From contig BFEA01000036.1 of NCBI GenBank assembly GCA_003427395.1, positions 3,406,640 through 3,470,639 of the forward strand: a DNA stretch of 64,000 nt, read 5' to 3'. The DNA comes from Chara braunii. Lineage: Eukaryota; Plantae; Charophyceae. The notes under the pieces were generated by a model. That model did no database searches and was not told where the DNA came from. It saw only the letters and a program-made list of their open reading frames with translations. Position 1 is the first letter of the stretch, and every line of letters starts with the position of its first letter. Below are positions 1-12,487 of the stretch, in pieces. The translations under genes were made by a program, and so were the position numbers.

Positions 1-134
1 GTAGAGTGAAAGCGCTTCACAGAGTCCCAAAACGCAGCCCAAAACAAGCGCCGACGACACTGCAGGGTTCTCCGATTTCCTTTTCCGGTTCTCGCTTCTC
101 CCCAAAACTCCACCACCTTTGAACCCATCCTTGC
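1..134 (-). CDS. MATE efflux transporter (DTX44-like), internal exon, runs off window start
   Basis: Acceptor GACAG|GC at 135/134, phase 1, compatible with the exon ending at 3814. My translation (not in the ORF track): GKDGFKGGGVLGRSENRKRKSENPAVSSALVLGCVLGLCEALSLY, matching the 'KRxxPSVSSALVLxxxLGLxEA' segment of FRD3/DTX44-type MATEs. Confidence 0.85.
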
Positions 135-596
135 CTGTCAACCAAGTACATGCAGTGCAACCTCCTTTGCTGAGAAAGGGCCTCAGAAAGGCTAAAGAAC
201 AATGACAGGATTCCAGCACTACCCCACCCCGCTTCAATAAAGAGGGCCGTGAAATAGAAACCTGCTAAGCATAGGATGCAAAACAAAAAACACTGCCCCA
301 CCCCGCTTGAAATAGAATTACTGTATGATGCGATTCGAGTATTCCCCATTCTCGAGAATATTTCAGAAAAGAGGTCAGTCAAATACTTCACAACACACGA
401 ATCATAGGATGCAAAACAAAAAACACTCAGAATAATAACAGGAATAAGATCACACAGAGTAGCGCTGTGGGGCGGGCAATCAGTACATGGCATTTCAAAA
501 CCAAAAAGAAAACAAGAAAGCACAGTTTCAGCCTCTTTATATTTTGCATTATTTTCCTTAAAATTTAAAAGTTAATAATAACTTATTTTTATTTTT

Positions 597-614
597 GTCC
601 TTCGGGACATCCGT

Positions 615-646
<32 letters not shown>

Positions 647-695
647 GGACCCTGCGCAAGAATGACACGCATAAATCGCGAAATGGTCCAAATTT
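597..695 (+). pseudogene. U6: U6 snRNA copy 1 (near full length, likely retrocopy)
   Basis: GTCCTTCGGGACATCCGTTAAAATTGGAACGATACAGAGAAGATTAGCATGG...AAATGGTCCAAATTT with ACAGAGA box and AGC triad. Substitutions in the internal stem-loop, A/(TAA)n tail, possible 17-bp TSD with one mismatch (573-589/710-726), no recognisable USE upstream. Confidence 0.9.
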
Positions 696-1246
696 AAAAA
701 TAATAATAATAATAATAGCTTATTTTCAGAAACTGGGAAAGGAAAAACAGAGAGTGAGAAAATGCGTCCACTCTGACTTGATGTGCATTGCTAAGGTAAC
801 TAAACTAGAAGATTTAATACTATTCAACATACAGTTGCAAGTGGAGGCTTGGACAGTTGGGGGGGGGGGCAGTCAGCCCACGACCTCACTGTCGGAGGTT
901 CGTCAGCAGACGAACGGCTGGGAGAGTAGGCCATTAGCATAGCAGGGGATCGAGTACTCTCAACTTATAAGGACGAGGAAGGGAGAAGCCACCTCGATGC
1001 CAAAGGAGGACGTCGCAGTCGCAGATGGCACTGGGGTTTAGGGGTTAAGCCAACGATAGCTATTAGACTAATGCAAAAGGCCAGCTTAGGCAGGGGTGAG
1101 GGGTGGTACATCCTTCCAGAGGGAAATAAATTCATATAATCAATGCTGTCTACTTGGGCCTCTCAGCCATAATGGAGAGGAGCGTGGGTGAGTACAATGT
1201 TGAAACTTCTCTGACTTGCCGGTTGAATAGGAACCGGACTGATCCC

Positions 1247-1356
1247 GTCCTTCGGGACATCCGTTAAAATTGGAACGATACAGAGAAAGATTAGCATGGC
1301 CCCTGCACAAGGATGGCACACATAAATCGGGAAATGGTCCAAAAACAAAAAAAGAA
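1247..1356 (+). pseudogene. U6: U6 snRNA copy 2, processed retrocopy with poly(A) and 17-bp TSD
   Basis: Full U6 body followed by AAAAACAAAAAAAGAA. Exact direct repeat AGGAACCGGACTGATCC at 1229-1245 and 1357-1373. Confidence 0.93.
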
Positions 1357-1442
1357 AGGAACCGGACTGATCCTCCTCAGAATGGAACGGAGCCAAAGCC
1401 GTCAGGCCCCGTCTTTTGTTGGGGGGAAAAAAACAGATAGGC

Positions 1443-1508
<66 letters not shown>

Positions 1509-3813
1509 NNNNNNNNNNNNNNNNNNNNNNNNNNNNNNNNNNNNNNNNNNNNNNNNNNNNNNNNNNNNNNNNNNNNNNNNNNNNNNNNNNNNNNNNNNNN
1601 NNNNNNNNNNNNNNNNNNNNNNNNNNNNNNNNNNNNNNNNNNNNNNNNNNNNNNNNNNNNNNNNNNNNNNNNNNNNNNNNNNNNNNNNNNNNNNNNNNNN
1701 NNNNNNNNNNNNNNNNNNNNNNNNNNNNNNNNNNNNNNNNNNNNNNNNNNNNNNNNNNNNNNNNNNNNNNNNNNNNNNNNNNNNNNNNNNNNNNNNNNNN
1801 NNNNNNNNNNNNNNNNNNNNNNNNNNNNNNNNNNNNNNNNNNNNNNNNNNNNNNNNNNNNNNNNNNNNNNNNNNNNNNNNNNNNNNNNNNNNNNNNNNNN
1901 NNNNNNNNNNNNNNNNNNNNNNNNNNNNNNNNNNNNNNNNNNNNNNNNNNNNNNNNNNNNNNNNNNNNNNNNNNNNNNNNNNNNNNNNNNNNNNNNNNNN
2001 NNNNNNNNNNNNNNNNNNNNNNNNNNNNNNNNNNNNNNNNNNNNNNNNNNNNNNNNNNNNNNNNNNNNNNNNNNNNNNNNNNNNNNNNNNNNNNNNNNNN
2101 NNNAAATAATAATAATAATAATAATAAATTTGCAGGGTGCCGACGACCCCCGACTGGTAGGTGCCGACCCTCCGACCGGTCGGCGGGTCGGCAGCCGACC
2201 AGTCAAGGGTCTCCGACCGTTGGGGTATGCAACACTGGTATAGAGTGCAAAATTGCAAATCCAATGTCAAAGTGGCAAATCAAACTCTCTTTGCCAGCCT
2301 GAACATCTAACCATGGCTCTGTTTCTCATTCATCTGAGTGGTAAATGGGCAGTCGTATGGCAAATCCCATCTCCTACCTATGACTCTCAGCCATCAGGTA
2401 AGCACACGGGCAGGCAGACGAGGACACAGGCCAGCAGGGTAAGGGGGTGGGCATTGTGATGAATGAGTGGATGATGACAGACGGATAAGCACGAACTGGT
2501 GCGCTGGCTTGCTGATTGGGGTGGGCATTGTGATGAATGAATGGATGATGACAGACGGGTAAGCAGGAACTGGTGCGCTGGCTTGCTGATTGGCGGGCAC
2601 AAACAGGCAGATATATGGAGAGATGGACGGACAGACAAACAAATGAACAGACAAACGTGTCCGCCAGACCTGCAGATGGACAGACAGACAGACGGGCAGA
2701 GGAACAGTCTGACAGACTTGCAGATGGAGAGACGGAGGGAAAGACATCAAGAGACGGTGAGAGACAGACAGGCAGGAAGAGAGATGGAAGAAGGAAGAAC
2801 AGACAGGGTGATGTGAGGAAGTAGGATCGGCTCACTAACGAGGTCAACAATTCCAAACCCCTTTTAAGCGCCCCTATCTCTTTGGTAAGGGTTCCGAAAG
2901 CTGTGTGCCCCTCTTATTTTTCACGAGGGTTTGATGCTTTGTTGTTCATCTTGCTCTGTAGTTGGGCATCTTTTATTTGCTACGCTGGTCGCTTGTTCTC
3001 TGGGTTTGAAAGAGAGCAGACTTTCTTTTTTGGCTGCTCATTACCGCCGGTGCTTTTCAAGGATTTGTAGATGGGCAGTCTGTAGCTGTAGCTAGTCGTC
3101 GTCAGTATTGTGAATGCTGGCTCTCGTGGATTGAACGAGCCGGCGTGGGAATGTGGTAATACTTGCTCATCTTTGTCGTTCGTTTTCATTGAGGTCTGAT
3201 ATTCCATGAGCTTCGAGTTTTTCCAAGTTCAAAGCTTTTTCGAAGCGGTGGCGCTCTTGGCAACCTGCCTACCCCTCATAGACATCTTGATGTCATCCTT
3301 GGGAGGTGAAACAATATGTGCCATTGTGTAGTTCTTTCAAGGGTGAAAAAAAGAAAAATCTGCAATCGTGCAATGAACGTAGTCCAGGTCATATGTTGAT
3401 GCCCAGCTGAGACCGGCACTGCTGTCTGTGGACATGTGGATTCCAGATGGCGTTCCGAGGAGGGGTTGCAAGCAGAGAGCGCAAAATCGCGGCCTGATCG
3501 GCTGTCCCTCTTACCAAAACTTCTATCACTCTCTTGTCTCCACATTCCGACATTTTCTCTCACCACTCTCGTGTGTCTGCATTCCCAGATCCTAACCACT
3601 CGACAGAGTCGACACCCAAAAGGCGTTGTTGAATATATGACAATTGTTTGTGCACCATTGCAGTGAACTTCAAAGAAGACATGGCTGGCAAAATAGAGGC
3701 AGACGAGGTTGAGTTCCTCGCGGGAGCAGAGAATGTGGGAGGGAAGAGGGGATATTGCACTATACCTACGGGAGCAGAAAATGTGGGAGGGAAGAGGGGA
3801 TATTGCACTATAC

Positions 3814-3939
3814 CTGAAGAAGTTGCTTCAACTTCAGCAACAAAGGAGGTCGTCACATTGAGAAGAGGTACATTGAAAACCTTCGACATGAGATTGAACA
3901 CTGAGATGGAGATGCCCACCGCTCCTAGCTGCGCAGCAC
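3814..3939 (-). CDS. MATE efflux transporter (DTX44-like) exon
   Basis: Acceptor TCTCCAG|GT, donor CAG|GTATAG, 126 nt, phase 1/1. Encodes GAAQLGAVGISISVFNLMSKVFNVPLLNVTTSFVAE, a hallmark DTX44-clade motif. Confidence 0.92.
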
Positions 3940-4112
3940 CTGGAGAAGCAAACAATGAGGTCCCTTTCTGAAACCATGCATTGCTACCTCTGTGGAAAAG
4001 TCACATTTCAGAAGGGGGCTGCAGCAAGAGGTTGGGGGAAGAAATAATGAGGAAGGGGACCGAAAGAATGTGGGCCACACGTAGAAAATTGCGGAATCCA
4101 GTTGATGAATGT

Positions 4113-4153
<41 letters not shown>

Positions 4154-4516
4154 ATGAATATACTAATTTCACAATCAAGGTTATCCCACTTGCAGAGACT
4201 GAGCCTGACCTACTCACTGATCTGGGTTCACGAACAGGCCACAATCGTTTCTCTGTGGTGTGGCCAATAGGGCCAGAATAGCTGACGAGTCCAGATTTGT
4301 CAAATTTCTGACTTCGGTGCACGCCCGCAGGGCCATTGGGATAGCCCAGTGGAGCGTCACATCTGGTCTTTCTCCATTATCTAACCAATACGCACATCTG
4401 AATAAGGCATTTTGTCTCCTCTCTTGCACATTGCCACATACACCATTCATACTTCTAGACCCACAACCCACTGATTGTGCTATTGAGATGGTCATCTGCT
4501 TCCAACATGTGACAAT

Positions 4517-4577
<61 letters not shown>

Positions 4578-4961
4578 TTATTGATTATCTTCCCTCCTCT
4601 TTTGTGTTTCCTCTTAGGGTACGCGTCCATTCCACTCCCTATGCTACGGCAGTGCCACAGCTGGTCGTTCCTTGTGTAAACCTAAAGAGGAGAAAGCAAG
4701 ACATGGGATCCTTCATTCCCCTTACTTTCTCTTGCACCTCCTTCCCCACCAATTCATCCCTTTCCCCCAATATTTCCTCCACCCTACCTCCTCATGTCCT
4801 TTTCTGTCCACTTTTTTTTCAGTCCATTCTTATTGCTAATTGTCATCTTCACTATCCATGGAGATGGCACTGCTTACACGACCTAGGTGCCAGGCTGAAA
4901 TTGTGAGAGCACATGAAGACTGCGAAGGAGGAGGAGGCGGAGGAGGAGGATCTTCTCTCAC

Positions 4962-5083
4962 CTAGCTTTCCAATGTATGCAGTGTCCACCAGGGAAGCAA
5001 TTGGATCAGCAGCAAGAGCAAACAGAGCAGGAAGAGCAATGGAGGCTATTTCGCTGCCCAGATCATCAAACCTGAAGCTTTGC
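4962..5083 (-). CDS. MATE efflux transporter (DTX44-like) exon
   Basis: Acceptor TTTGCAG|G, donor CTAG|GTGAGA, 122 nt, phase 2/1. Encodes QSFRFDDLGSEIASIALPALFALAADPIASLVDTAYIGKL (first MATE transmembrane segment). Confidence 0.92.
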
Positions 5084-5611
5084 CTGCAAACCACCAGCAA
5101 AAAGGCCACAAGTGGAAAATCGGTTTTGTTGCACCAACTTACAAAATGATGTGCAAGTTTCCTGAAACCCACCACTCAACTGGTACATCCCCTCACCCAT
5201 GCCTCCGTCGTTCTTCAGTTGATCTACTCTATCATAGACTGTGCGCACTCGTCATCTGCCTGAGTTGTCTGGAAGGTAGTCAAAGTTCGGGGCATGTCAA
5301 TGATACAACATCAGGAGGATGTTTTATATACTCAGCCTCCAAGGAGTCTGTAGTGTGTGGTGTTCGTACCATAGCAACAAGGCATTCCACAGCTGAACAA
5401 CATGTGATCCCAGTACCCATCGGAATAAGGCAGTTCACAGCCGATCTACTCTAACATAAACTCCGAGCATTCATCACTTTGCCTAGTTTCCGCGTAACAA
5501 ATTGAAAGTTTGGGACATGTCTATGATGCAACATCCAGCGGATGTATATCAATCGACATTCAAGGAGAGTGTGGTATTTGGGATTCTAAGGTGTGCGTTT
5601 TGTACCATAGG

Positions 5612-6770
5612 AATCAGGCGGGCAGGATCTCGCGGCCATAATGGAGAAGAGGGTGGGGTTTAATGACCTGCAAAATCTCAGACTGAGACCTGCATAATCA
5701 GGCGGGCAGGATCTCACGGCCATAATGGGGAAGAGGGTGGGGTTTAATGACCTGCAAAATCTCGGGGGTTTAATGCCGCTGGGTTGTGTGACTTAAGACA
5801 AGATGCCTTGAGATACTGGCAACCCTCTGCTCTCCTGGCCACCACCCTTTGCAATCTCCCTTCTCCCTCTCCTTCCTCTCCATATCCACTACCCCTTCTC
5901 TGTCTCCGCCATAGGATGTTGCATGCCTGCTCTGGGTTACAATGTGGCATCCTGCAGAACAAAAGGGCACATCACCTGCTTTAGGGCCGGCAATGACTGA
6001 GGTAAATTGTGGGACTGAATGCTTCTTTGGCCAAAGGTAGTACCTTTCCCCATCTCTTATCGAAGTTTAGTACATTTCACCCAAAGTTAGTACCTTTCCA
6101 AAGATCATTGAGCCCTACATTTAGTATATTTCACCGTCTCCTACCAAAGCTAGTAACTTTCACCCAAAGCTAATACCTTTTCAAACTTCATTTCTTATTC
6201 GTAAGTTAGTACCTTTCATCCTCCCTTCTCTCCACATCCGCTACCTCTTCTCTGTTTCCGCTGAAGGATGTTGCATGCCTGCTCTGCGTAACCATGCGGC
6301 ATCCTGCAGAACAAAAAGGTACACCGCCTGTTTTAAGGCTTGCAGTGATTGAGGTAAACGGAACAGAAACTGTGGGATTGTAATCTTGTTTGGGCAAAGG
6401 TAGTACCTTTCCCCCTCTCTTATCAAAGTCAGTACATTGTCCCCAAAGTTAGTACCTTTTTCCAAAATTTATTGCACGCTACAATAGTATATTTTACCCA
6501 TTCCTACCAAAGCTAGTAACTTTCACCCCAAGCTAGTACCTTTTTGAACTCCATTGAGTAGTATGTTAGTACCTTTAATCCTTTCTTGCCAAATCCTTAA
6601 CACCTTTCGCCCTCTCATCTACCCAAAGTTGTGCCTTTGCACAAATCCTTAACGCCTTTCACCCTCTCATCTACCCAAAGTTGTGCCTTAGCACAAATCC
6701 TTAGCACCTTTCACCCTCTCATGTACCCAAAGTTACTACCTTTCACCCAAAGGTCGTACCTTTTCACAAA
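5612..6770. repeat. Nested tandem duplications in a MATE intron
   Basis: ~84-bp duplication, a diverged ~360-bp duplication, recurrent AAGTTAGTACCTTT and a 52-bp unit x3. Confidence 0.75.
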
Positions 6771-7285
6771 TCATTGAATTTTAGTTTCTTTTGCCAACGT
6801 TTCAATATACGGAATCTCCATTGGCTCATCACCATGCAAGACAGATATTGCAGTGCTCCATATGTACAAGTGTTTGAATTGTGAAGCCCTCTCAGTGATC
6901 ATAATATGTCCCCTCCCTTTCCAAGGACAAAAATCCATGCTGTTGAAAACCATTGCCCGTATGTGGACGGTATTCATTGTGTCACCATTCAGACATACAC
7001 AAAGTCCTACATGTCAATCTTTGATAAAGAGCTTCCCCCATAAATTAGCTATAACAATACACATAAAGCTGGAAGCAATGACATGTCAGTGCAACCAACC
7101 GTGCCCGTGTTCATTCAGACACAATGAGGTCACCATAAAAAGATGCAGAAAGTCATCTATATCACCCTTTTGACAGCAGGCCCACCAATGAAATGGCTGT
7201 AACAACATGCATAAGACTGCAAACATATATGTGAGTCCACGTCCATGCTACGAGCTATGTGTACAAAAGGTTTTCTGCATCTTAC

Positions 7286-7679
7286 CTGAGAAATGCTGGA
7301 AACCTCTTCAAGATAGCCCTGGGCATCTGATCCTCTACGCTAGTCTCTTCATTCTCTGTAGCAACATCCTCCTCGACAGAGCTAACATTTGTCACAATAC
7401 CCATTCTATGACCATCCTGCCCCGTTCCTCGGTGCCTGGGTGCTCTCATTGCTGGCCTATAGGCCTGTGTTCCCAGGCTGCAACTAGCACATTGTGGACT
7501 AAACAGTGAGCCCACATTCTTGTCTTGGAGGGGAACGTAATGCAGAGTCTTCAGCCGCCTATTCCAATCTTCACGGTTACCATGACTTTGAAAACTTCCT
7601 GAGAGGCACTCTCCAATGCGTCTGCCATTGAATGGCGCTCTCCAAAACGAACCCCGTAGAGACGTACAGGATGCATTGC
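7286..7679 (-). CDS. Probable N-terminal exon of the MATE gene (transit-peptide/low-complexity region)
   Basis: Acceptor TTTTGTCAG|GC, donor CTCAG|GTAAGA. 394 nt open frame, phase 1/2, splices in frame to the 5083 exon (...KRFPAFLR-QSFRFDD). Confidence 0.7.
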
Positions 7680-8868
7680 CTGACAAAAGACAAGCCTGAT
7701 CAGCTCATGTCCAAATACTACCTGCATAAAAGCTGACTATAGTTTGCAAAAACAGACTATAGTTGGGGAATCTGCTCAACGCTGCGGCATTGTGCGACTT
7801 CTTAAAGCACCACTCACTCCATAGGAAAGTTCAAAGTTGGTAAAGAAAATAAGCAGAAAATTTAAGTAAGCCCTTTCACACTTGTTTGTTTCCTGCCACA
7901 ACCAACACACAATTCTTTTTCCGTTGCAAGTTTCAGAAGAAATGGTAGGTGCAAGGTCTTCAACGACTTTGTGTTGAGCACAAGGAGCCAACAAATCCGT
8001 TCGCAAAACTGCTTTGAACTGTGAAGGCAAGCAGATCATGACATCGGAGGGAAGGTACAGAGTCACAGAGAGACAGAAAGAATCGTGTTGTTCGCCCCTG
8101 TTGTTTTTGCTGCACTTGGACCTCAAAAGGTGCTCCCTGTTCCAAAGTTCCAATGCCCTTCACCTGCAACAACCCCTGTTAGCCACCGTGCGTTTCAACT
8201 GCAACCCCTGCAAACCCACTAAACTTCCCATGTGGAGGCCCTTTTGGGTGGGTGAGCAAATCATGACATCCGAACAAAGTAGGAGAGAGAGAGAGATTCT
8301 CTAACTGTATTACGAACAAAAAAAATAGAAAGCACTGGAAAGCAAGGGAGAGAATCATTCCCCCGGAATAACATCAAGGAGAACTTAGAAAAAGAGAAAT
8401 AGCAGTAGTTGCAGCCCATATAGACAGGAGGAGGAAACTGAACAGAGCTTACGCACTAGACCTATTGTCACTGCAGGGGGGAAGCCTTCACATGTGATCG
8501 AGACAGAAGTTTCCACCAAGAGGACACTGATAGGAGTCAGACCTTTAGTGACAGCTTGCTTCGTCATGAAAGAGAAGGAATGGCAGGTTGCTATGGACAT
8601 AATACATATCTTTGCTATTCCTGAAGATGGAGGATGACCACAACACCGGTCTTCCAAACTCCGAGAAAATTGCAGATGTATTTCATTCTGGGGGGTTTGA
8701 GACTATCATCTTCCCCGACTAGAACGTACAGTCATTATCCCTGTATCTAGACTGGAAACTGGCCTAAATACAGGCATAATGACCGTACATTACACTTGGG
8801 GGAAGACGCCAGTCTTCCAAACTGAGAGAAAACTGCAGATGTATTCTATTCTAGGGGTTCTGAGACTA

Positions 8869-8975
8869 CTGTCTTCCCCCAAATAGAATGTGCGGTCATT
8901 ATATTCCTTTACCTAGACTGGAAACTGGCCCAAATACAGGTATAATGATAGTACATTGAATTTGGGGGAAGACAG
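8869..8975. mobile_element. 107-bp TA-flanked MITE (Tc1/mariner-like); tandem relative at 8706-8809
   Basis: TA|CTGTCTTCCCCCAAAT...ATTTGGGGGAAGACAG|TA. Confidence 0.7.
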
Positions 8976-11912
8976 TAGCGACCTGACTGATCACCAAACA
9001 GGCATTTGTCACCAGAAGGCACCAGCCAGCAGTGACAGAGAGACAGAAGACACCAACCCATGCTCTTTCAGGCTGAATATCACCAAGCTACCAAAGGGGC
9101 TGAATATCACCAAGCTATCAAAGGGTGGTACGATTTCCAGGTCGTGGAATACAACGATTTTTAAACATTTTTTCGTTTCATGATTGCAACTTTTACTTTT
9201 TTGTTATCTTGTCATCTTATTGGCATGATTCTGTAGTAGAAGATCAAGTCCGGTTTGCCTTGTAAAAGGTTAGCTAGAAGCTAAAAGCACTAGGGAGAGA
9301 TCCGGTTTGGTTGGTGTTCCCCCGTATTATACATAGACTAGCGAGAGGATGAGATAGATGAGTACTGGCAAGAAGATGAGGTAGATGAGTACTGGCAAGA
9401 AGATGAGATAGAGATGAGAGAAGAATAGTAGAATACAGCTTACTTTATAATTTAAAAAAAAATCTGAATAACATGAACAAGCAAAATTCCTCAACAAAGG
9501 GGTATCAGCATCAAAGGCAAAATATGGCTATATGCTGGAACAAGCGAAATACCGTGTGATGCAAGCTAAATAATGATAATGAACGCATCGGTGCGGACAA
9601 TCAGCAGGGAAGGAAGTCATACATGTGTTGACACATGCGCTGTGCCCCCCATCGAGTCCATTCTCCACAGGGTCCTCGTGGGCCATCGAGTCCAGCTGAA
9701 TTCATGGCCTCTTGACTCATTTCTCTCCCATTAAACCACCCATACCTTGCCCAGGAAAACCTAAGAATAAAAAAAAAAATGTGACAGTCCGGGTTCTTCA
9801 GAGGGTCCATCCCTCTAAGATAAAGCTAATCCGCTACACATCGGCATCGACTACTTACAAACCCTCTGTGAGAATGAAATGGAAAAGTAGGCCGCGGAAG
9901 TAATCTCCAATCTGTCAATCAAAGACAAGTAATCTCAGATGACTCAGTCAATGACAATGCGATACCAGAGTAGAGTGCCCGCATGGATGAGACCAGGTCA
10001 GCGCCAGCAGAGCTGACCTCGTGGCCAACCACGCCATCAATGGGAATCACATAGATCAAAGCAGTACCTAGAATACAAAGTGTACGGCCCTCGTTCGTAC
10101 CGGCAATACTATTCAAAATGTAGGCCACAATTTTTCACCCAACCCACCAGAAGGGGATGAACTGTCTGAAATTATCATCTGAAACTGGGACGTAAATGGA
10201 CTTAGTGGCCAAACAACAAACCTAAAGATATCATCATGGATCTGAAGTTACCTGCGCCCTCCTCAGCTTGCACACCACCAGTAGGACCAACCCATTCATG
10301 TTGGGAGGGGCAGGCTGGGTATCAAATCAGATTTGACAAAGTAGGGTCTATCGAACAGTGGGGTTGAACCACTCGATGGGAAATCCGAAGTAAGACATAA
10401 TCCCGAACGAGCAAAAAAAGTAATGCAAAGCCACGACATATCCACACTGGATCATGTCAATCATGTTGTCGCGCACGGGGCATGAAGCACGCATGCAACA
10501 GGAAGAAGACTTACTGCACACTGCCGTCCTTGGTCGAGCAGTTCATCAAGTGTGGTTCGATAGCGTTGCCCCGGCGCGAACATCATTATGCTCTTATTTG
10601 AATATTTCCCTATTTATTCTCAGATGTTACTGGTTATGTATGACACATTGACACATGCTACTGCTTCTCATAGATGGGAATGAAGAATTGGGATAAAAAT
10701 AGCTGCATAGCAATGATAGCATGCAATTTAATGAAAGTCAATGATGGTGCCATGCAGGCCCGACCGTCATCCGATCGATCAGCAAACAACATGGTCACAT
10801 AGTGGAGCAAGCCAGGTTGGAGATCAAAACACAGGGAGGATGATCAAGTTGCAGTATAAGCAGCACCTATGACCAGAAGACAGGGCGTCTGGAAACACAG
10901 AACTTCTGTTTTCTAGAAATATAGGGCAACTCCATTTTCAAGTTTTTCTCAAATTTTCTGGAAATATATGAGAACTTTCTAGCAACCCTTAGATTAGACA
11001 CTAATTTCTTGATACTTTTAGTATATATATTACCAACTAATCAGTCTAATCCTAATTGTTTATAAAAAACTTTTAAAAAGCGTTTAGAAGACATAAATGC
11101 AAAAAAATCGATTTGGAAAGTTAGCAAATGGAAACATATAAACTTTTTATTATAAAGTAAGCTAGGCTACCAGCCGGGCCGCCCGGGTCACCCTATTTTC
11201 CCAGGCGGCCCGGCCGTGCAAGGACCAGCGAAGGTCCAAGCCAAAAAAAAAAAAAAAAAAAAAAAAANNNNNNNNNNNNNNNNNNNNNNNNNNNNNNNNN
11301 NNNNNNNNNNNNNNNNNNNNNNNNNNNNNNNNNNNNNNNNNNNNNNNNNNNNNNNNNNNNNNNNNNNNNNNNNNNNNNNNNNNNNNNNNNNNNNNNNNNN
11401 NNNNNNNNNNNNNNNNNNNNNNNNNNNNNNNNNNNNNNNNNNNNNNNNNNNNNNNNNNNNNNNNNNNNNNNNNNNNNNNNNNNNNNNNNNNNNNNNNNNN
11501 NNNNNNNNNNNNNNNNNNNNNNNNNNNNNNNNNNNNNNNNNNNNNNNNNNNNNNNNNNNNNNNNNNNNNNNNNNNNNNNNNNNNNNNNNNNNNNNNNNNN
11601 NNNNNNNNNNNNNNNNNNNNNNNNNNNNNNNNNNNNNNNNNNNNNNNNNNNNNNNNNNNNNNNNNNNNNNNNNNNNNNNNNNNNNNNNNNNNNNNNNNNN
11701 NNNNNNNNNNNNNNNNNNNNNNNNNNNNNNNNNNNNNNNNNNNNNNNNNNNNNNNNNNNNNNNNNNNNNNNNNNNNNNNNNNNNNNNNNNNNNNNNNNNN
11801 NNNNNNNNNNNNNNNNNNNNNNNNNNNNNNNNNNNNNNNNNNNNNNNNNNNNNNNNNNNNNNNNNNNNNNNNNNNNNNNNNNNNNNNNNNNNNNNNNNNN
11901 NNNNNNNNNNNN

Positions 11913-12447
11913 CCAAGGACCACCATGCGCCTCATCCAGCATACAGCAGCGCAGCTCGGCTATGGCTGCCTGCTCCTTCCAGCTCGCCCGTGAGCACGTG
12001 AGCGCTGGCCAGCGTCTAGCGCAGCATGCAGCCAGTGCCCGAATGAGGAATGTGGGGGCAGGCACTTTCCTAAATGGAAGTGGCCTGCCTGCTGTGCGCC
12101 CTGGCTGCACCGGGCCCTGTCCCAGAAGCTTCCAGTAGGCCCCGGGAGGCTGAGCCCCAGTCTGGACGAATCAGGCCCAGGGCCTGTGACAGTTACCCGT
12201 GCCCAACTGCCCGTGGCCTGTGTTGGGTCCTTGTTGTGTATCTCGCCCAGGGCCTGACTCAAATGCATTTGAGAAAAGCAGCGAGGGCCTGGGTGCTTTC
12301 AACCAACTGACGCTGTGCAACTGCCTGAATTTCCCCAGGAGCGTGGAGACCCCAAAATAGACCGTGGTCGGGCCTGCCTTCACTTAGGGCGGCCGACTGT
12401 ACTGAAAAGATGTCCCAGTAGGGCTTTTCGAGGCATTGAGCCTTGCA
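11913..12447 (-). repeat. 3' LTR (visible part; remainder in gap)
   Basis: Aligns without gaps to 19692-20226 with about 20 substitutions in 535 bp (hand count). Begins TGCAAGG immediately after the PPT. Confidence 0.92.
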
Positions 12448-12458
12448 TTCCCTCCTCT
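12448..12458 (-). promoter_or_regulatory. Polypurine tract
   Basis: AGAGGAGGGAA abutting the 3' LTR. Confidence 0.8.
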
Positions 12459-12487
12459 ATACTTCAATAGTCCTCTGAGAAGCTCCA

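Noticed and set aside
17-523. 168-aa minus-strand ORF from the track
   Set aside because: Wrong frame; the MATE exon at 134-1 uses a different frame.
597-695. Functional U6 gene
   Set aside because: Substitutions in the internal stem-loop, only three terminal T, no visible USE, and an A-rich tail with probable TSD. Not fully excluded because the promoter consensus for this organism is unknown.
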